DNA of 40,000 nt from Cronobacter muytjensii ATCC 51329 (GCF_001277195.1 NZ_CP012268.1:1173859-1213858); one strand, 5' to 3'; shown: positions 20,870-30,066, counted from the stretch's first letter. Translations and numbers: made by a program. The notes: generated from the letters alone by a model not told the origin.

Positions 20870-21965
20870 TTTCCTTAATTTGAAATCAATTAATGCTCGC
20901 TACGAAAAAGAATTAAAACTAGCATGTGAACGCGTGATTGATTCCGGTTGGTACATCGGTGGCAATGAGTTAGAGCAATTTGAGAAAAAGTTCGCTGAAT
21001 ATTGTGGCGTTAAACACTGCATTGGCATGGCCAATGGTTTAGATGCATTGGTACTTACTATCCGCGCATGGAAAGAATTAGGCTTGGTTAAAGAGGGCGA
21101 TGAAGTCATCGTGCCTGCTAATACTTATATCGCTACAATTCTTGCTATAACCGAAAATAAACTTTGCCCAGTTTTTGTCGAGCCTAATTCACAGACGTTC
21201 AATCTTGATGCAGTGGGCATAAACGGAGCATTGACAGACAAAACCCGTATCATTATGCCTGTACACTTGTATGGTTACCTTTCGCCTATGGAAGAGATTA
21301 TGGCGATTGCTCACCAGCATGGCTTGCTGGTACTTGAAGATTCAGCACAAGCACATGGTGCCAGCATTGGTGGGAAACGTGCTGGGGCATGGGGTGACGC
21401 TTCTGGGTTCAGTTTTTATCCAGGAAAAAACCTCGGAGCATTGGGTGATGCTGGCGCTGTCACAACTAATAATGATGAGCTTGCCAGTGCATTACGAGCA
21501 TTGGGTAATTATGGGTCACATAAAAAATATCAGAATATTTATAAGGGTGTTAATAGTCGCCTTGATGAGATTCAGGCGGCTATGTTAAGCGTTAAGCTAA
21601 AATTTCTGGATGAAGAAATTAGGTTACGACGTGAAATTGCGTCAATGTATCTGGCTGGCATCAATAACAAAAAAATTACCCTACCATTAGTTAATACATC
21701 GGAAGAACATGTCTGGCATCTGTTTGTGATAAAAAGTCAGAAACGTAATGAATTACAGGAGTATCTTGCCGGTGCAGGAGTACAAACTATGATTCATTAT
21801 CCGATCCCACCGCATAAACAGCATGCTTATAAAGAGTATAACAATCTTCATTTACCAATCACTGAGAACCTGCATAGGGAAGTTCTGTCTTTGCCAATAG
21901 ATCCTACGTTAGATAAAGAAGAAATCTATCAAATAATTAGTTTGATCAATGAGTTTGATAGATGA
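20862..21965 (+). CDS. fdtB: dTDP-3-keto-6-deoxyhexose 3-aminotransferase (DegT/DnrJ/EryC1/StrS family, PLP-dependent)
   Basis: 367 aa with the DegT-family pattern (GMANGLDAL ... EDSAQAHGA ... [15 protein letters not shown], containing the PLP lysine). It overlaps fdtC by 8 nt. Confidence 0.85.
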   Translation: MINFLNLKSINARYEKELKLACERVIDSGWYIGGNELEQFEKKFAEYCGVKHCIGMANGLDALVLTIRAWKELGLVKEGDEVIVPANTYIATILAITENKLCPVFVEPNSQTFNLDAVGINGALTDKTRIIMPVHLYGYLSPMEEIMAIAHQHGLLVLEDSAQAHGASIGGKRAGAWGDASGFSFYPGKNLGALGDAGAVTTNNDELASALRALGNYGSHKKYQNIYKGVNSRLDEIQAAMLSVKLKFLDEEIRLRREIASMYLAGINNKKITLPLVNTSEEHVWHLFVIKSQKRNELQEYLAGAGVQTMIHYPIPPHKQHAYKEYNNLHLPITENLHREVLSLPIDPTLDKEEIYQIISLINEFDR

Positions 21966-23212
21966 AACGTCTGCTATCAATTACTGGCATGACTGCTGCT
22001 TTAACTTTATTTCGTATGATGTCTGGTTTTATAATTGTCAAGTTCGTAGCTATTTATGCTGGGTCGGCTGGCCTGGCCATGCTCGGCCAATTTCAAAGTC
22101 TGATATTGATTTTAAATGGTATTGTTAACGCTCCAGCTGGCAATGCAGTTGTAAAGTATACCGCTCAGTATAGTCATACCAGTTACTCAAACTGTGCCCC
22201 CTGGTGGCGCGCATCCATGAGATGGATTTTGATCTTAATCGCTGCGATTATGGTAGTGGGTTTACCATTATCACATTATATTTCTAAATGGGTTTTTCAA
22301 ACTGAGAAATTTGGGTGGGTTATTCAACTTTGCTTGCTTTTTCTTCCCTTCTCTGCAGCATCATCATTAATCAACTCTGTTATAAATGGAACGCAAAATT
22401 ATAAACGATTTATATTACTGGGCGCAGTATCGGTAATAATTTCATCAACGTTAATGATTACTTTAGTAATCTATTACAACCTGGTAGGTGCGCTATTAGC
22501 TGCAGCGCTTCAGGGTAGCGCAATTGGCATAGTCATGCTTGTCAGTTCTTTGCGTCAACCTTGGTTAAAATTCCGGTTATGGTGGGGGAAGATAGGAGAT
22601 AAACATAAAGCGAAAATCTCTGGTTATTTGCTAATGACGATCGCTTCTGCTGTGATGATGCCGCTTTCTCTTATTGGAGTGAGGAATATAACTGCAAACG
22701 AGCTGAGCTGGGAAGCTGTGGGGTATTGGCAAGTTGTATGGAAAATATCCGAGGTTTACTTAAGTGTAATTACTATTGCTTTGGGTACATATTATCTGCC
22801 GAGGCTATCAAAATTAAATACAGCTGATGAAATTATCACTGAGGCTAATGCCACACTAAAGGTGGTAGTGCCTGTTATTTTTGTTATTGCAGTAGTTATT
22901 TATCTCTTTAGGGATTTTGCCATTACCCTTTTATTTACCAAGGATTTTTTAGTAGCAAGAGATCTCTTTGGCTTTCAGTTATGCGGTGATGTTATAAAAA
23001 TAGTAGGATGGATTCTTGCATATCCAATGATTGCACGTGGTGCGACTAAATGGTTCATCTCCACCGAGATCGTCTCCGGTTTGCTTCTAATGATACTTAC
23101 GTTCATCTGCGTCAAATATTTATCGCTACAAGGCGCAAATATTGCCTATTTACTTAATTATACTTTATATGCTTTTTTCATTAGAATGAACTTAAGAAAA
23201 ATGATTGCATGA
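21962..23212 (+). CDS. wzx: O-antigen flippase Wzx (WzxE-like PST family)
   Basis: 416-aa polytopic protein whose ATGA start overlaps the fdtB stop. Several blocks resemble E. coli WzxE as I recall it: KYTAQY vs [25 protein letters not shown] vs SWDEVGIWQGVSSISDAYL, and [30 protein letters not shown] vs LRDFAIWLLLSNKF..MRDLFAWQLVGDVLKV. Confidence 0.85.
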   Translation: MKRLLSITGMTAALTLFRMMSGFIIVKFVAIYAGSAGLAMLGQFQSLILILNGIVNAPAGNAVVKYTAQYSHTSYSNCAPWWRASMRWILILIAAIMVVGLPLSHYISKWVFQTEKFGWVIQLCLLFLPFSAASSLINSVINGTQNYKRFILLGAVSVIISSTLMITLVIYYNLVGALLAAALQGSAIGIVMLVSSLRQPWLKFRLWWGKIGDKHKAKISGYLLMTIASAVMMPLSLIGVRNITANELSWEAVGYWQVVWKISEVYLSVITIALGTYYLPRLSKLNTADEIITEANATLKVVVPVIFVIAVVIYLFRDFAITLLFTKDFLVARDLFGFQLCGDVIKIVGWILAYPMIARGATKWFISTEIVSGLLLMILTFICVKYLSLQGANIAYLLNYTLYAFFIRMNLRKMIA

Positions 23213-23259
23213 TTTCTTTGAAAATGAAAAAACAGAATTAATCAAATTTCGCCAAGGCT

Positions 23260-24174
23260 ATGTCGATGGAAAAGTACAAAGTAACAGTTGTAACTTTAAC
23301 CTATAACAATTGGGATAAGATACATACCGCAATCAAGTCGTTAGCAAAACAGAGTATTGATGAACACATCGACATTGAATATTTAATTGTGGATGATGGT
23401 ACTGAGAATTTTAATCTTGAGTATGTAGAGGAGCTCGTAAGAAATAACTTAAATATTAAAACCAGAATTATCATCAATAAAAGAAACTTAGGTACTGTAA
23501 AGTCTTTTAATAATGCAATCAAACAGTCTTATGGTGATTTTATAATACCACTTTCAGCTGATGATGAATTTTATGCCAATGATGTTATCAATAATATAAT
23601 GGCAGAGTTCGTTAATTCAAACGCTGAGATTGTCACAGCCAGGCGCATGCCTTATGAAGAAGGAAACCGAGCCGCATTTGCATCGTTACCGACTGAAGCT
23701 CAAATAAAACTTTTCACTAATAATGTTGAATTATTAAAGTATATATTAAAGCATGGAAGCTTCATATCTGGTGCCTGTACATATTATCGTAAAAGTCTTC
23801 TGATGAGGCTTGGTTTTTTTGATGAAGAATATGTACTTTTGGAAGACTATCCATTTCTGGTGAAAGCACTCCTTAATGGTGTGGGTATTAATTATGTTAA
23901 TATCGTTGCTATCAAATACAGGCTTGGTGGTGTTTCAAATATTGCCAAAAGACATCCTTTGCTTGAGAAAGATTTTCGTAGATTGTATAAAAATATTAGC
24001 GTAATGCCTCAGCTTAACCCGTATTGGAAAAGACGGATTTTTTATTTGAAGGTTTTAACGCCTTCTGAAAAAATAAAAATATTAAACATTATGAAATACC
24101 CCGAGCAATTTATCTATTTTTGTCTTAAACGATTTGGGAAAATATTCGGTTATAATATTGAGCGTTTGAGATAA
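23260..24174 (+). CDS. Family 2 (GT-A) glycosyltransferase
   Basis: 304 aa with VTVVTLTYNN ... VDDGTENF ... SADDEF (DxD). The in-frame ATG at 23266 has better spacing to the AAGG at 23254-23257 and may be the real start. Confidence 0.8.
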   Translation: MSMEKYKVTVVTLTYNNWDKIHTAIKSLAKQSIDEHIDIEYLIVDDGTENFNLEYVEELVRNNLNIKTRIIINKRNLGTVKSFNNAIKQSYGDFIIPLSADDEFYANDVINNIMAEFVNSNAEIVTARRMPYEEGNRAAFASLPTEAQIKLFTNNVELLKYILKHGSFISGACTYYRKSLLMRLGFFDEEYVLLEDYPFLVKALLNGVGINYVNIVAIKYRLGGVSNIAKRHPLLEKDFRRLYKNISVMPQLNPYWKRRIFYLKVLTPSEKIKILNIMKYPEQFIYFCLKRFGKIFGYNIERLR

Positions 24175-24307
24175 GATCTATTGTTTATATTAAAAACACC
24201 AAGAGCTATTTAATAAGCAATATATATACGTAATTTAACAGATAAATTAATACCATAGTGGCATCTCTGCGTTGACACTGATGGTTGTAAGTTATTGGAG
24301 TCATAGT

Positions 24308-25363
24308 GTGAAACGTGTTGCTATAGTTGGAACTGTGGGTATTCCTGCTTGTTATGGAGGATTTGAATCACTTGTTGAGAATTTGACTAAGTACAAAAGC
24401 GAAGATTGTAAGTATTACATATTTTGCTCAAGTAAACATTATCCTGAAAAATTAAAAACGCACAATGGTGCTGAGTTAATTTATGTTCCATTAAAAGCAA
24501 ATGGCGTGCAGAGCATACTGTACGATATTTTTTCTTTATGGAAGTGTTTATTTCTTAAAGTTGATACTATTTTAATATTAGGTGTCTCTGGCTGTATTTT
24601 TCTTCCTTTTTTTAGATTAATAAGTAAATCAAAAATAGTTACTAATATTGATGGTCTTGAATGGAAGCGAGAAAAGTGGGGGAGAGGGGTCCAAAAATTT
24701 CTTAAGTTGTCAGAGTCATTTGCAGTAAAATATTCACATGCGATTGTTACTGATAATGAAGCAATTACTAATTATGTTAAAGACGAGTACAATAAGCAAT
24801 CCTATACAATCGCCTATGGTGGTGATCATGCTATTAGAGCTTCTCGAAAAGATGCCAATTTAAAGCAAAGTTATGCGTTAGGTCTATGTCGTATTGAACC
24901 AGAGAATAATGTTGAGCTAATTTTAAACGCATTCTCTTCCATTAATGAAAAGCTTAAGTTTGTAGGGAATTGGGATGCCAGCGCCTATGGGCGATCTCTC
25001 AAAAAAAATTACAGTAAATACGACAATATAGAGCTGATCAATCCAATTTACGATATTGATCAATTATACATTTTACGAGACGGCTGCGATAAATATATTC
25101 ATGGTCATTCAGCTGGCGGTACAAATCCCTCGTTAGTTGAAATGATGCATTTTGGTATCCCTATCTTCGCTTTTGACTGTGAATTTAACAGGTACAGCAC
25201 TAACAATAAAGCCTTTTATTTTAAGAATGCCACACACTTAAATGAGTTAATTAGAAAGAACGATTGTAAAAAACTTGATGACAATGCATCCTATATGAAA
25301 AAATATGCGAAAGAGAATTATACCTGGCAAATAATTACCGCTGCTTATGAGAAGCTGTATTGA
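24308..25363 (+). CDS. GT-B glycosyltransferase with a DUF1972-type N-terminus (GT4-like, probably a rhamnosyltransferase)
   Basis: The start is placed at GTG 24308 (VKRVAIVGTVGIPACYGGFESLVENL), preceded by GGAG at 24297-24300. That N-terminus is typical of DUF1972/RgpA-like enzymes. The ORF-track start TTG 24272 and ATG 24281 are in-frame alternatives. The C-terminal region is HGHSAGGTNPSLVEMMHFGIPI. Confidence 0.75.
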   Translation: MKRVAIVGTVGIPACYGGFESLVENLTKYKSEDCKYYIFCSSKHYPEKLKTHNGAELIYVPLKANGVQSILYDIFSLWKCLFLKVDTILILGVSGCIFLPFFRLISKSKIVTNIDGLEWKREKWGRGVQKFLKLSESFAVKYSHAIVTDNEAITNYVKDEYNKQSYTIAYGGDHAIRASRKDANLKQSYALGLCRIEPENNVELILNAFSSINEKLKFVGNWDASAYGRSLKKNYSKYDNIELINPIYDIDQLYILRDGCDKYIHGHSAGGTNPSLVEMMHFGIPIFAFDCEFNRYSTNNKAFYFKNATHLNELIRKNDCKKLDDNASYMKKYAKENYTWQIITAAYEKLY

Positions 25364-25419
25364 TGTGTTGAGTTTTCATTTTAATGGCTTTATTTTCTCC
25401 TTTATATCGTGAATAAATT

Positions 25420-26508
25420 ATGCAAAACGATGTGTTCAGTCTGGATGTAAACTCAATTCTTAAATGTCGTAAATATATTGCAGTGAAGTTAAGTCGATTG
25501 ATCCACTGTTTGTTTTTTACGTATCAATTGAGTAGTGAAGGGAAAGGTAATAACAATATCGTGATTTTTGATACGACTGAGTTGAAAAGGAGAACTGACT
25601 ATAAAGAATATATGCTTAATTTTATTGGGCAATGTATAGAAAAACGACCCGCACAAGTTTATACAATTAAATACGCTTTTGATATCTTCGGGTTTTTCAA
25701 GAAAATAACATTTATAATTGCTCAAACTAGTCGCAATAAAAACATAAAAGAACTTCTTCAGCTGTCTCAATTAAATACTCTTTATGGCCAGCTAGTCAGT
25801 TTAAATTTGTTTGATAAATCTATAGTAACGTTTTGTGATGCTCATCCTGAAGATAATCTTATATCCCAGACGTTGAAAATAAATCGTTGCAGGACATATA
25901 CTTTGCAACATGGATATTATACGTACTCCCCTGGGACTATAAACCAGGAAGTTTATGAGAATTTTATTTCGGACTATATGCTTTGCTGGGGCCCATCCTC
26001 AGTAGCTAACTTGATTAATTGTGGTATTTCGTCTTCAAGGCTCATACCTTTCGGGTATTTTAAAGAAACTAAATTACGCTATCATGGTGGGAATGCCGTA
26101 TTTATCCTTTTAAATGGAAGGCATAATAGTCAAACTAATTTTGCTTTATTGACGCTGGCTAAACGTATAATTAATGATACTGGTATGAGGGTATATATTA
26201 AAAAACATCCGGACGATACAAATGCTTATCAAGATTTTGAGGGGGTTGAATTTGTAGGTGCTTTATCAGAGGGTACAAAAGATGCTCGCCTTGCTATTAT
26301 TTCAGAAAGTGGCGTTTTCGTTGACTTCTACATGGCAGGATTTCCTTATTTAATTTTGAAGTCAGATAACCTTAAAAAAGAATTTTCATCATTACCTAAT
26401 GCCTTATCTTCTGATGAAATCATAAATTATATTACTTGTAATTCAAGCATAAAAAAATTCAGTTATCCTGAGTTAGTGACGTTACAACCGGATTTTGAGA
26501 AATTATAA
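25420..26508 (+). CDS. Uncharacterised O-antigen cluster protein, putative non-canonical GT-B-fold transferase
   Basis: 362-aa ORF with the same AT-rich codon usage as its neighbours and no TM helices. It has QHG at aa 163-165 (nt 25906-25914) and KKHPDD with HP at nt 26206-26211, followed by IISESGVFVDFYMAGFPYLIL. I recognise no canonical GT2 or GT4 signature. Confidence 0.6.
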   Translation: MQNDVFSLDVNSILKCRKYIAVKLSRLIHCLFFTYQLSSEGKGNNNIVIFDTTELKRRTDYKEYMLNFIGQCIEKRPAQVYTIKYAFDIFGFFKKITFIIAQTSRNKNIKELLQLSQLNTLYGQLVSLNLFDKSIVTFCDAHPEDNLISQTLKINRCRTYTLQHGYYTYSPGTINQEVYENFISDYMLCWGPSSVANLINCGISSSRLIPFGYFKETKLRYHGGNAVFILLNGRHNSQTNFALLTLAKRIINDTGMRVYIKKHPDDTNAYQDFEGVEFVGALSEGTKDARLAIISESGVFVDFYMAGFPYLILKSDNLKKEFSSLPNALSSDEIINYITCNSSIKKFSYPELVTLQPDFEKL

Positions 26509-27419
26509 TGAAGAAAGTATCTTTCTGGGGTTGGTATAGTGACTATGACTGTCATACTATTGACGGGTTAAAAAAATATTATAACGTCAGAAATGATTCA
26601 ATGACGAAATTCGTCCGTGTAATGTTTAAAGCATTTAAAATGCTGTTACCTAAAAAAGTTTCTGAGAGAATTATAAGCTTAGTATTACTATCTAAATTAG
26701 ATAAAAGTTCTATCGCTATATTCAGTGATGACATATTGTATTACATCAGATTTGCTCTTGCTTTGCAGAATCAAAGAAAGATTGTGGTTTTTAGGAACAT
26801 AATTGATCGCACTTATGAAAATAACATTAATTTGCTGAAAAGATCTGGCTTTGAGTTATATACGTTCGATCCCGCTGACGCACAGTATTATGATATTTGC
26901 TACAAAGGTCAGTATTTACCAGTTTATGATGTTGATGATGTTAACCCGGACGTTGCTGCTTATTTTTTAGGGTTAAACAAAGGGCGTAAAGAGATACTTG
27001 AAAGGCTTTCTCATCAACTTCTCAAAAAAGGAGTTGCTGTTAATTTTACTATCATTGATAACTCAGAAAAAAAATTCTCACTCTCGAAGCGTTCACTCAG
27101 CTACAAGGAAAACATTGAACAGGTTTTGAGGTCTCGGTATCTTGTTGATATTGTTAGGCCTGGCCAGAGCGGCATGACATTAAGAGTTCTTGAATCGGCT
27201 TTTTATAAGCGTAAGTTGATTACTAATAACCCAAATGTAAAAGACACTGATATATATAATTCTAACAATATTCTTGTGTTAGATGATCAGATGAATATTC
27301 CTGATGAATTCCTGGCCAGTCCTTATGAGGAATTACAAGTTACTACTCTTGAAAAATATAAAGCTGATAATTATTACATCGATATATTAGAAGGCATTCA
27401 ATGTGATAAGAATATTTGA
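26508..27419 (+). CDS. Uncharacterised O-antigen cluster protein, putative transferase
   Basis: 303-aa ORF. Its ATG overlaps the upstream stop by 1 nt (TAATG). It is soluble-looking. The C-terminal half has AYFLGLNKGRKE ... GQSGMTLRVLESAFYKRKLITNN (nt 27162-27230), resembling a nucleotide-sugar-binding Rossmann half. Confidence 0.6.
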   Translation: MKKVSFWGWYSDYDCHTIDGLKKYYNVRNDSMTKFVRVMFKAFKMLLPKKVSERIISLVLLSKLDKSSIAIFSDDILYYIRFALALQNQRKIVVFRNIIDRTYENNINLLKRSGFELYTFDPADAQYYDICYKGQYLPVYDVDDVNPDVAAYFLGLNKGRKEILERLSHQLLKKGVAVNFTIIDNSEKKFSLSKRSLSYKENIEQVLRSRYLVDIVRPGQSGMTLRVLESAFYKRKLITNNPNVKDTDIYNSNNILVLDDQMNIPDEFLASPYEELQVTTLEKYKADNYYIDILEGIQCDKNI

Positions 27420-28500
27420 TCTATTTTCGATTCTGGTGTTTATCCTGATTTTCGGACTACTTTCGTCTTTTAATAATAAAAGCAACAGATTATCTTTTTT
27501 ACTTTTTTGTTTAGCATGCATTATCATATCTTTTAGAACAATTGGTGATGATACTGCAGAATATATCGATATTTATACCTCAATGTCTCCAGCGTTTAGT
27601 TGGGATAGCATGCTCAATGTAAATGGATTTAGAATTGAGCCCGCATGGGGTATTTTCATAAGCATATTAAAAAGTGCTGGCATCCAAACGCATTATTTAT
27701 TTTTCTTTTTAAGTCTCCTCTTGCCATCGCTGGCAGTTATTTGGGTTTACTTTAAAAGTAACAGGCTTGGTTCAAAAGTATCTGCATTATTTTATTTCAT
27801 ATTCTTATTGATTTTGTATCAGTATTTAATAAATGGAATTAGAGCATTTGCTGCCAGTTGTTTTGTTTTGCTAGCGTTATGGTTTCTATTCAAAAAGAAT
27901 TACTTGCGCTTTGTACTGGCTGGTATGTTTGCCGTTGCCTTACATACTAGCGCTATCATTTTCATTCCATTTGCTTTTGTCTTCAATATGTCATTGCAAA
28001 GACGGCATATTGGATATCTTGTTTTTTTTGTAGCGTTATCTTTAATTATACTTTCTCAAATCAATTGGCAGGATGATTTTATTTTACATATCACTTCAAA
28101 ATTAGAATATTACTTATATTCGGTTGAGGATGATATGATCACACAAAACCGTGGCAGAGAGTTGTACGTTTATTTTGCACGTTCTGTTTTTATGTCCTCT
28201 GTTGTTTATTCTATATTTCTCTTGTTGTTATCAGTAGATAGTTGCCAAAATAATAACTTTATCGCAGGATTATATAAATGTGTTTCGTTTATATTAATTG
28301 TGTGTGTGCTTCTGATGTTCTGTGGAGTTTTCCTTTTTTCATACAGGTTATTGCAATTTGGTGGGCCTTTATTAGTCTTGCTCGTCACACACAGTTTGAT
28401 TTCTGAACCAAAGCCATTTAAATTTCCTTTCTTCGTAATATTTACTGGCTTTTATTGGTTTTTATTTATCCTTTATGCAAGTAGGTTTTACGATAGCTGA
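27403..28500 (+). CDS. wzy: O-antigen polymerase Wzy (EpsG-like)
   Basis: 365 aa with about 10 or more hydrophobic segments. The N-terminal IGDDTAEYIDIY motif is typical of EpsG-family polymerases. The GTG start lies 17 nt inside the preceding ORF. It is the last low-GC gene before gnd. Confidence 0.75.
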   Translation: MIRIFDLFSILVFILIFGLLSSFNNKSNRLSFLLFCLACIIISFRTIGDDTAEYIDIYTSMSPAFSWDSMLNVNGFRIEPAWGIFISILKSAGIQTHYLFFFLSLLLPSLAVIWVYFKSNRLGSKVSALFYFIFLLILYQYLINGIRAFAASCFVLLALWFLFKKNYLRFVLAGMFAVALHTSAIIFIPFAFVFNMSLQRRHIGYLVFFVALSLIILSQINWQDDFILHITSKLEYYLYSVEDDMITQNRGRELYVYFARSVFMSSVVYSIFLLLLSVDSCQNNNFIAGLYKCVSFILIVCVLLMFCGVFLFSYRLLQFGGPLLVLLVTHSLISEPKPFKFPFFVIFTGFYWFLFILYASRFYDS

Positions 28501-28639
28501 CTGTAGGTAACTGGTTCATCTTTAATGTTATCAGCCTATTATCTGTACATAAATTTTTATTTATATATTTTAAAATTAAGTTAAAATATAAATATGCAAC
28601 GCACATTCTTGCGAATACCAAACCTGACAGGAGTATGTA

Positions 28640-30046
28640 ATGTCCAAGCAACAGATCGGCGTCGTCGGTATGGCAGTCATGGGGCGCAACCTGGCGCTCA
28701 ACATTGAAAGCCGTGGTTACACCGTCTCCGTATTCAACCGCTCCCGTGAAAAAACCGAAGAAGTGATTGCCGAAAATCCCGGCAAGAAACTGGTGCCTTA
28801 CTATACCGTTCAGGAATTTGTCGAGTCGCTGGAAACCCCGCGCCGCATCCTGCTGATGGTAAAAGCCGGGGCGGGTACGGATGCAGCCATCGACTCCCTG
28901 AAGCCGTATCTGGAAAAAGGCGACATCATTATTGATGGTGGCAATACCTTCTTCCAGGACACCATTCGCCGTAACCGCGAACTCTCCGAAGAAGGTTTCA
29001 ACTTCATCGGCACCGGCGTTTCCGGTGGCGAAGAGGGTGCCCTGAAAGGCCCTTCCATCATGCCTGGCGGCCAGAAAGAAGCTTATGAGCTGGTTGCGCC
29101 GATCCTCAAAGAGATCGCAGCCGTTGCCGAAGGCGAGCCGTGCGTGACTTACATCGGTCCGGATGGCGCCGGTCACTATGTCAAAATGGTGCACAACGGT
29201 ATTGAATACGGCGATATGCAGCTGATTGCAGAAGCCTACTCGCTGCTGAAGCACGGCCTGAACCTCTCCAACGAAGAGCTGGCAAAAACCTTCTCTGAGT
29301 GGAACGAAGGCGAGCTCAGCAGCTACCTGATCGATATCACCAAAGATATCTTCACCAAAAAAGATGAAGACGGTAACTACCTGGTTGATGTCATTCTTGA
29401 CGAAGCGGCCAACAAAGGCACCGGCAAATGGACCAGCCAGAGCTCCTTGGATCTCGGCGAACCGCTGTCCCTCATCACTGAATCCGTATTCGCGCGCTAT
29501 ATCTCCTCCCTGAAAGAGCAGCGTGTTGCCGCCTCTAAAGTGCTGAGCGGCCCGCAGGCGAAACCGTTCGCAGGCGATAAAGGCGAGTTCATTGAGAAAG
29601 TCCGCCGCGCGCTGTATCTCGGTAAAATCGTTTCTTACGCGCAGGGCTTCTCCCAACTGCGTGCCGCGTCTGAAGAGCACAACTGGAACCTGAACTACGG
29701 CGAAATCGCGAAGATTTTCCGCGCAGGCTGCATTATTCGCGCCCAGTTCCTGCAGAAAATCACCGACGCTTATGCAGAAAATCCATCCATCGCGAACCTG
29801 CTGCTGGCGCCGTACTTTAAAAAAGCGGCGGACGATTACCAGCAGGCGCTGCGTGATGTCGTCGCTTATGCTGTGCAGAATGGCATCCCGACCCCGACCT
29901 TCTCCGCTGCCATCGCGTACTACGACAGCTACCGTTCCGCGGTGCTGCCGGCGAACCTTATCCAGGCGCAGCGTGACTACTTCGGCGCGCACACCTACAA
30001 GCGCACCGACAAAGAAGGCGTCTTCCATACCGAGTGGATGGAATAA
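28640..30046 (+). CDS. gnd: 6-phosphogluconate dehydrogenase, decarboxylating
   Basis: 468 aa beginning [35 protein letters not shown], essentially collinear with E. coli Gnd. The Shine-Dalgarno sequence is CAGGAG. Confidence 0.97.
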   Translation: MSKQQIGVVGMAVMGRNLALNIESRGYTVSVFNRSREKTEEVIAENPGKKLVPYYTVQEFVESLETPRRILLMVKAGAGTDAAIDSLKPYLEKGDIIIDGGNTFFQDTIRRNRELSEEGFNFIGTGVSGGEEGALKGPSIMPGGQKEAYELVAPILKEIAAVAEGEPCVTYIGPDGAGHYVKMVHNGIEYGDMQLIAEAYSLLKHGLNLSNEELAKTFSEWNEGELSSYLIDITKDIFTKKDEDGNYLVDVILDEAANKGTGKWTSQSSLDLGEPLSLITESVFARYISSLKEQRVAASKVLSGPQAKPFAGDKGEFIEKVRRALYLGKIVSYAQGFSQLRAASEEHNWNLNYGEIAKIFRAGCIIRAQFLQKITDAYAENPSIANLLLAPYFKKAADDYQQALRDVVAYAVQNGIPTPTFSAAIAYYDSYRSAVLPANLIQAQRDYFGAHTYKRTDKEGVFHTEWME

Positions 30047-30066
30047 CGTTTCCTTTTAATAAGACA

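Noticed and set aside
24272-24277. Perfect TTGACA hexamer upstream of the DUF1972 transferase gene, a possible internal promoter.
   Set aside because: No acceptable -10 hexamer follows at 16-18 bp (TTGGAG). The hexamer also lies within the possible 5' extension of the ORF. A single hexamer match in AT-rich DNA is not evidence of a promoter.
25001-25008. Homopolymer tracts inside low-GC O-antigen genes that might mediate slipped-strand phase variation: A8 at 25001-25008, A8 at 27067-27074, T8 at 28022-28029 (wzy) and T7 at 24607-24613.
   Set aside because: Tracts of 7-8 nt are expected by chance in DNA of about 30% GC, and they are shorter than most proven contingency tracts. All reading frames are intact. 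They would only merit attention if population sequencing showed length variation.
28541-28600. Extremely AT-rich tract upstream of gnd, examined for IS remnants, inverted repeats or a small ORF.
   Set aside because: I could see no terminal inverted repeats, direct target duplications or coding potential. The most likely explanation is the gnd promoter/UP region together with the junction of the laterally acquired cluster.
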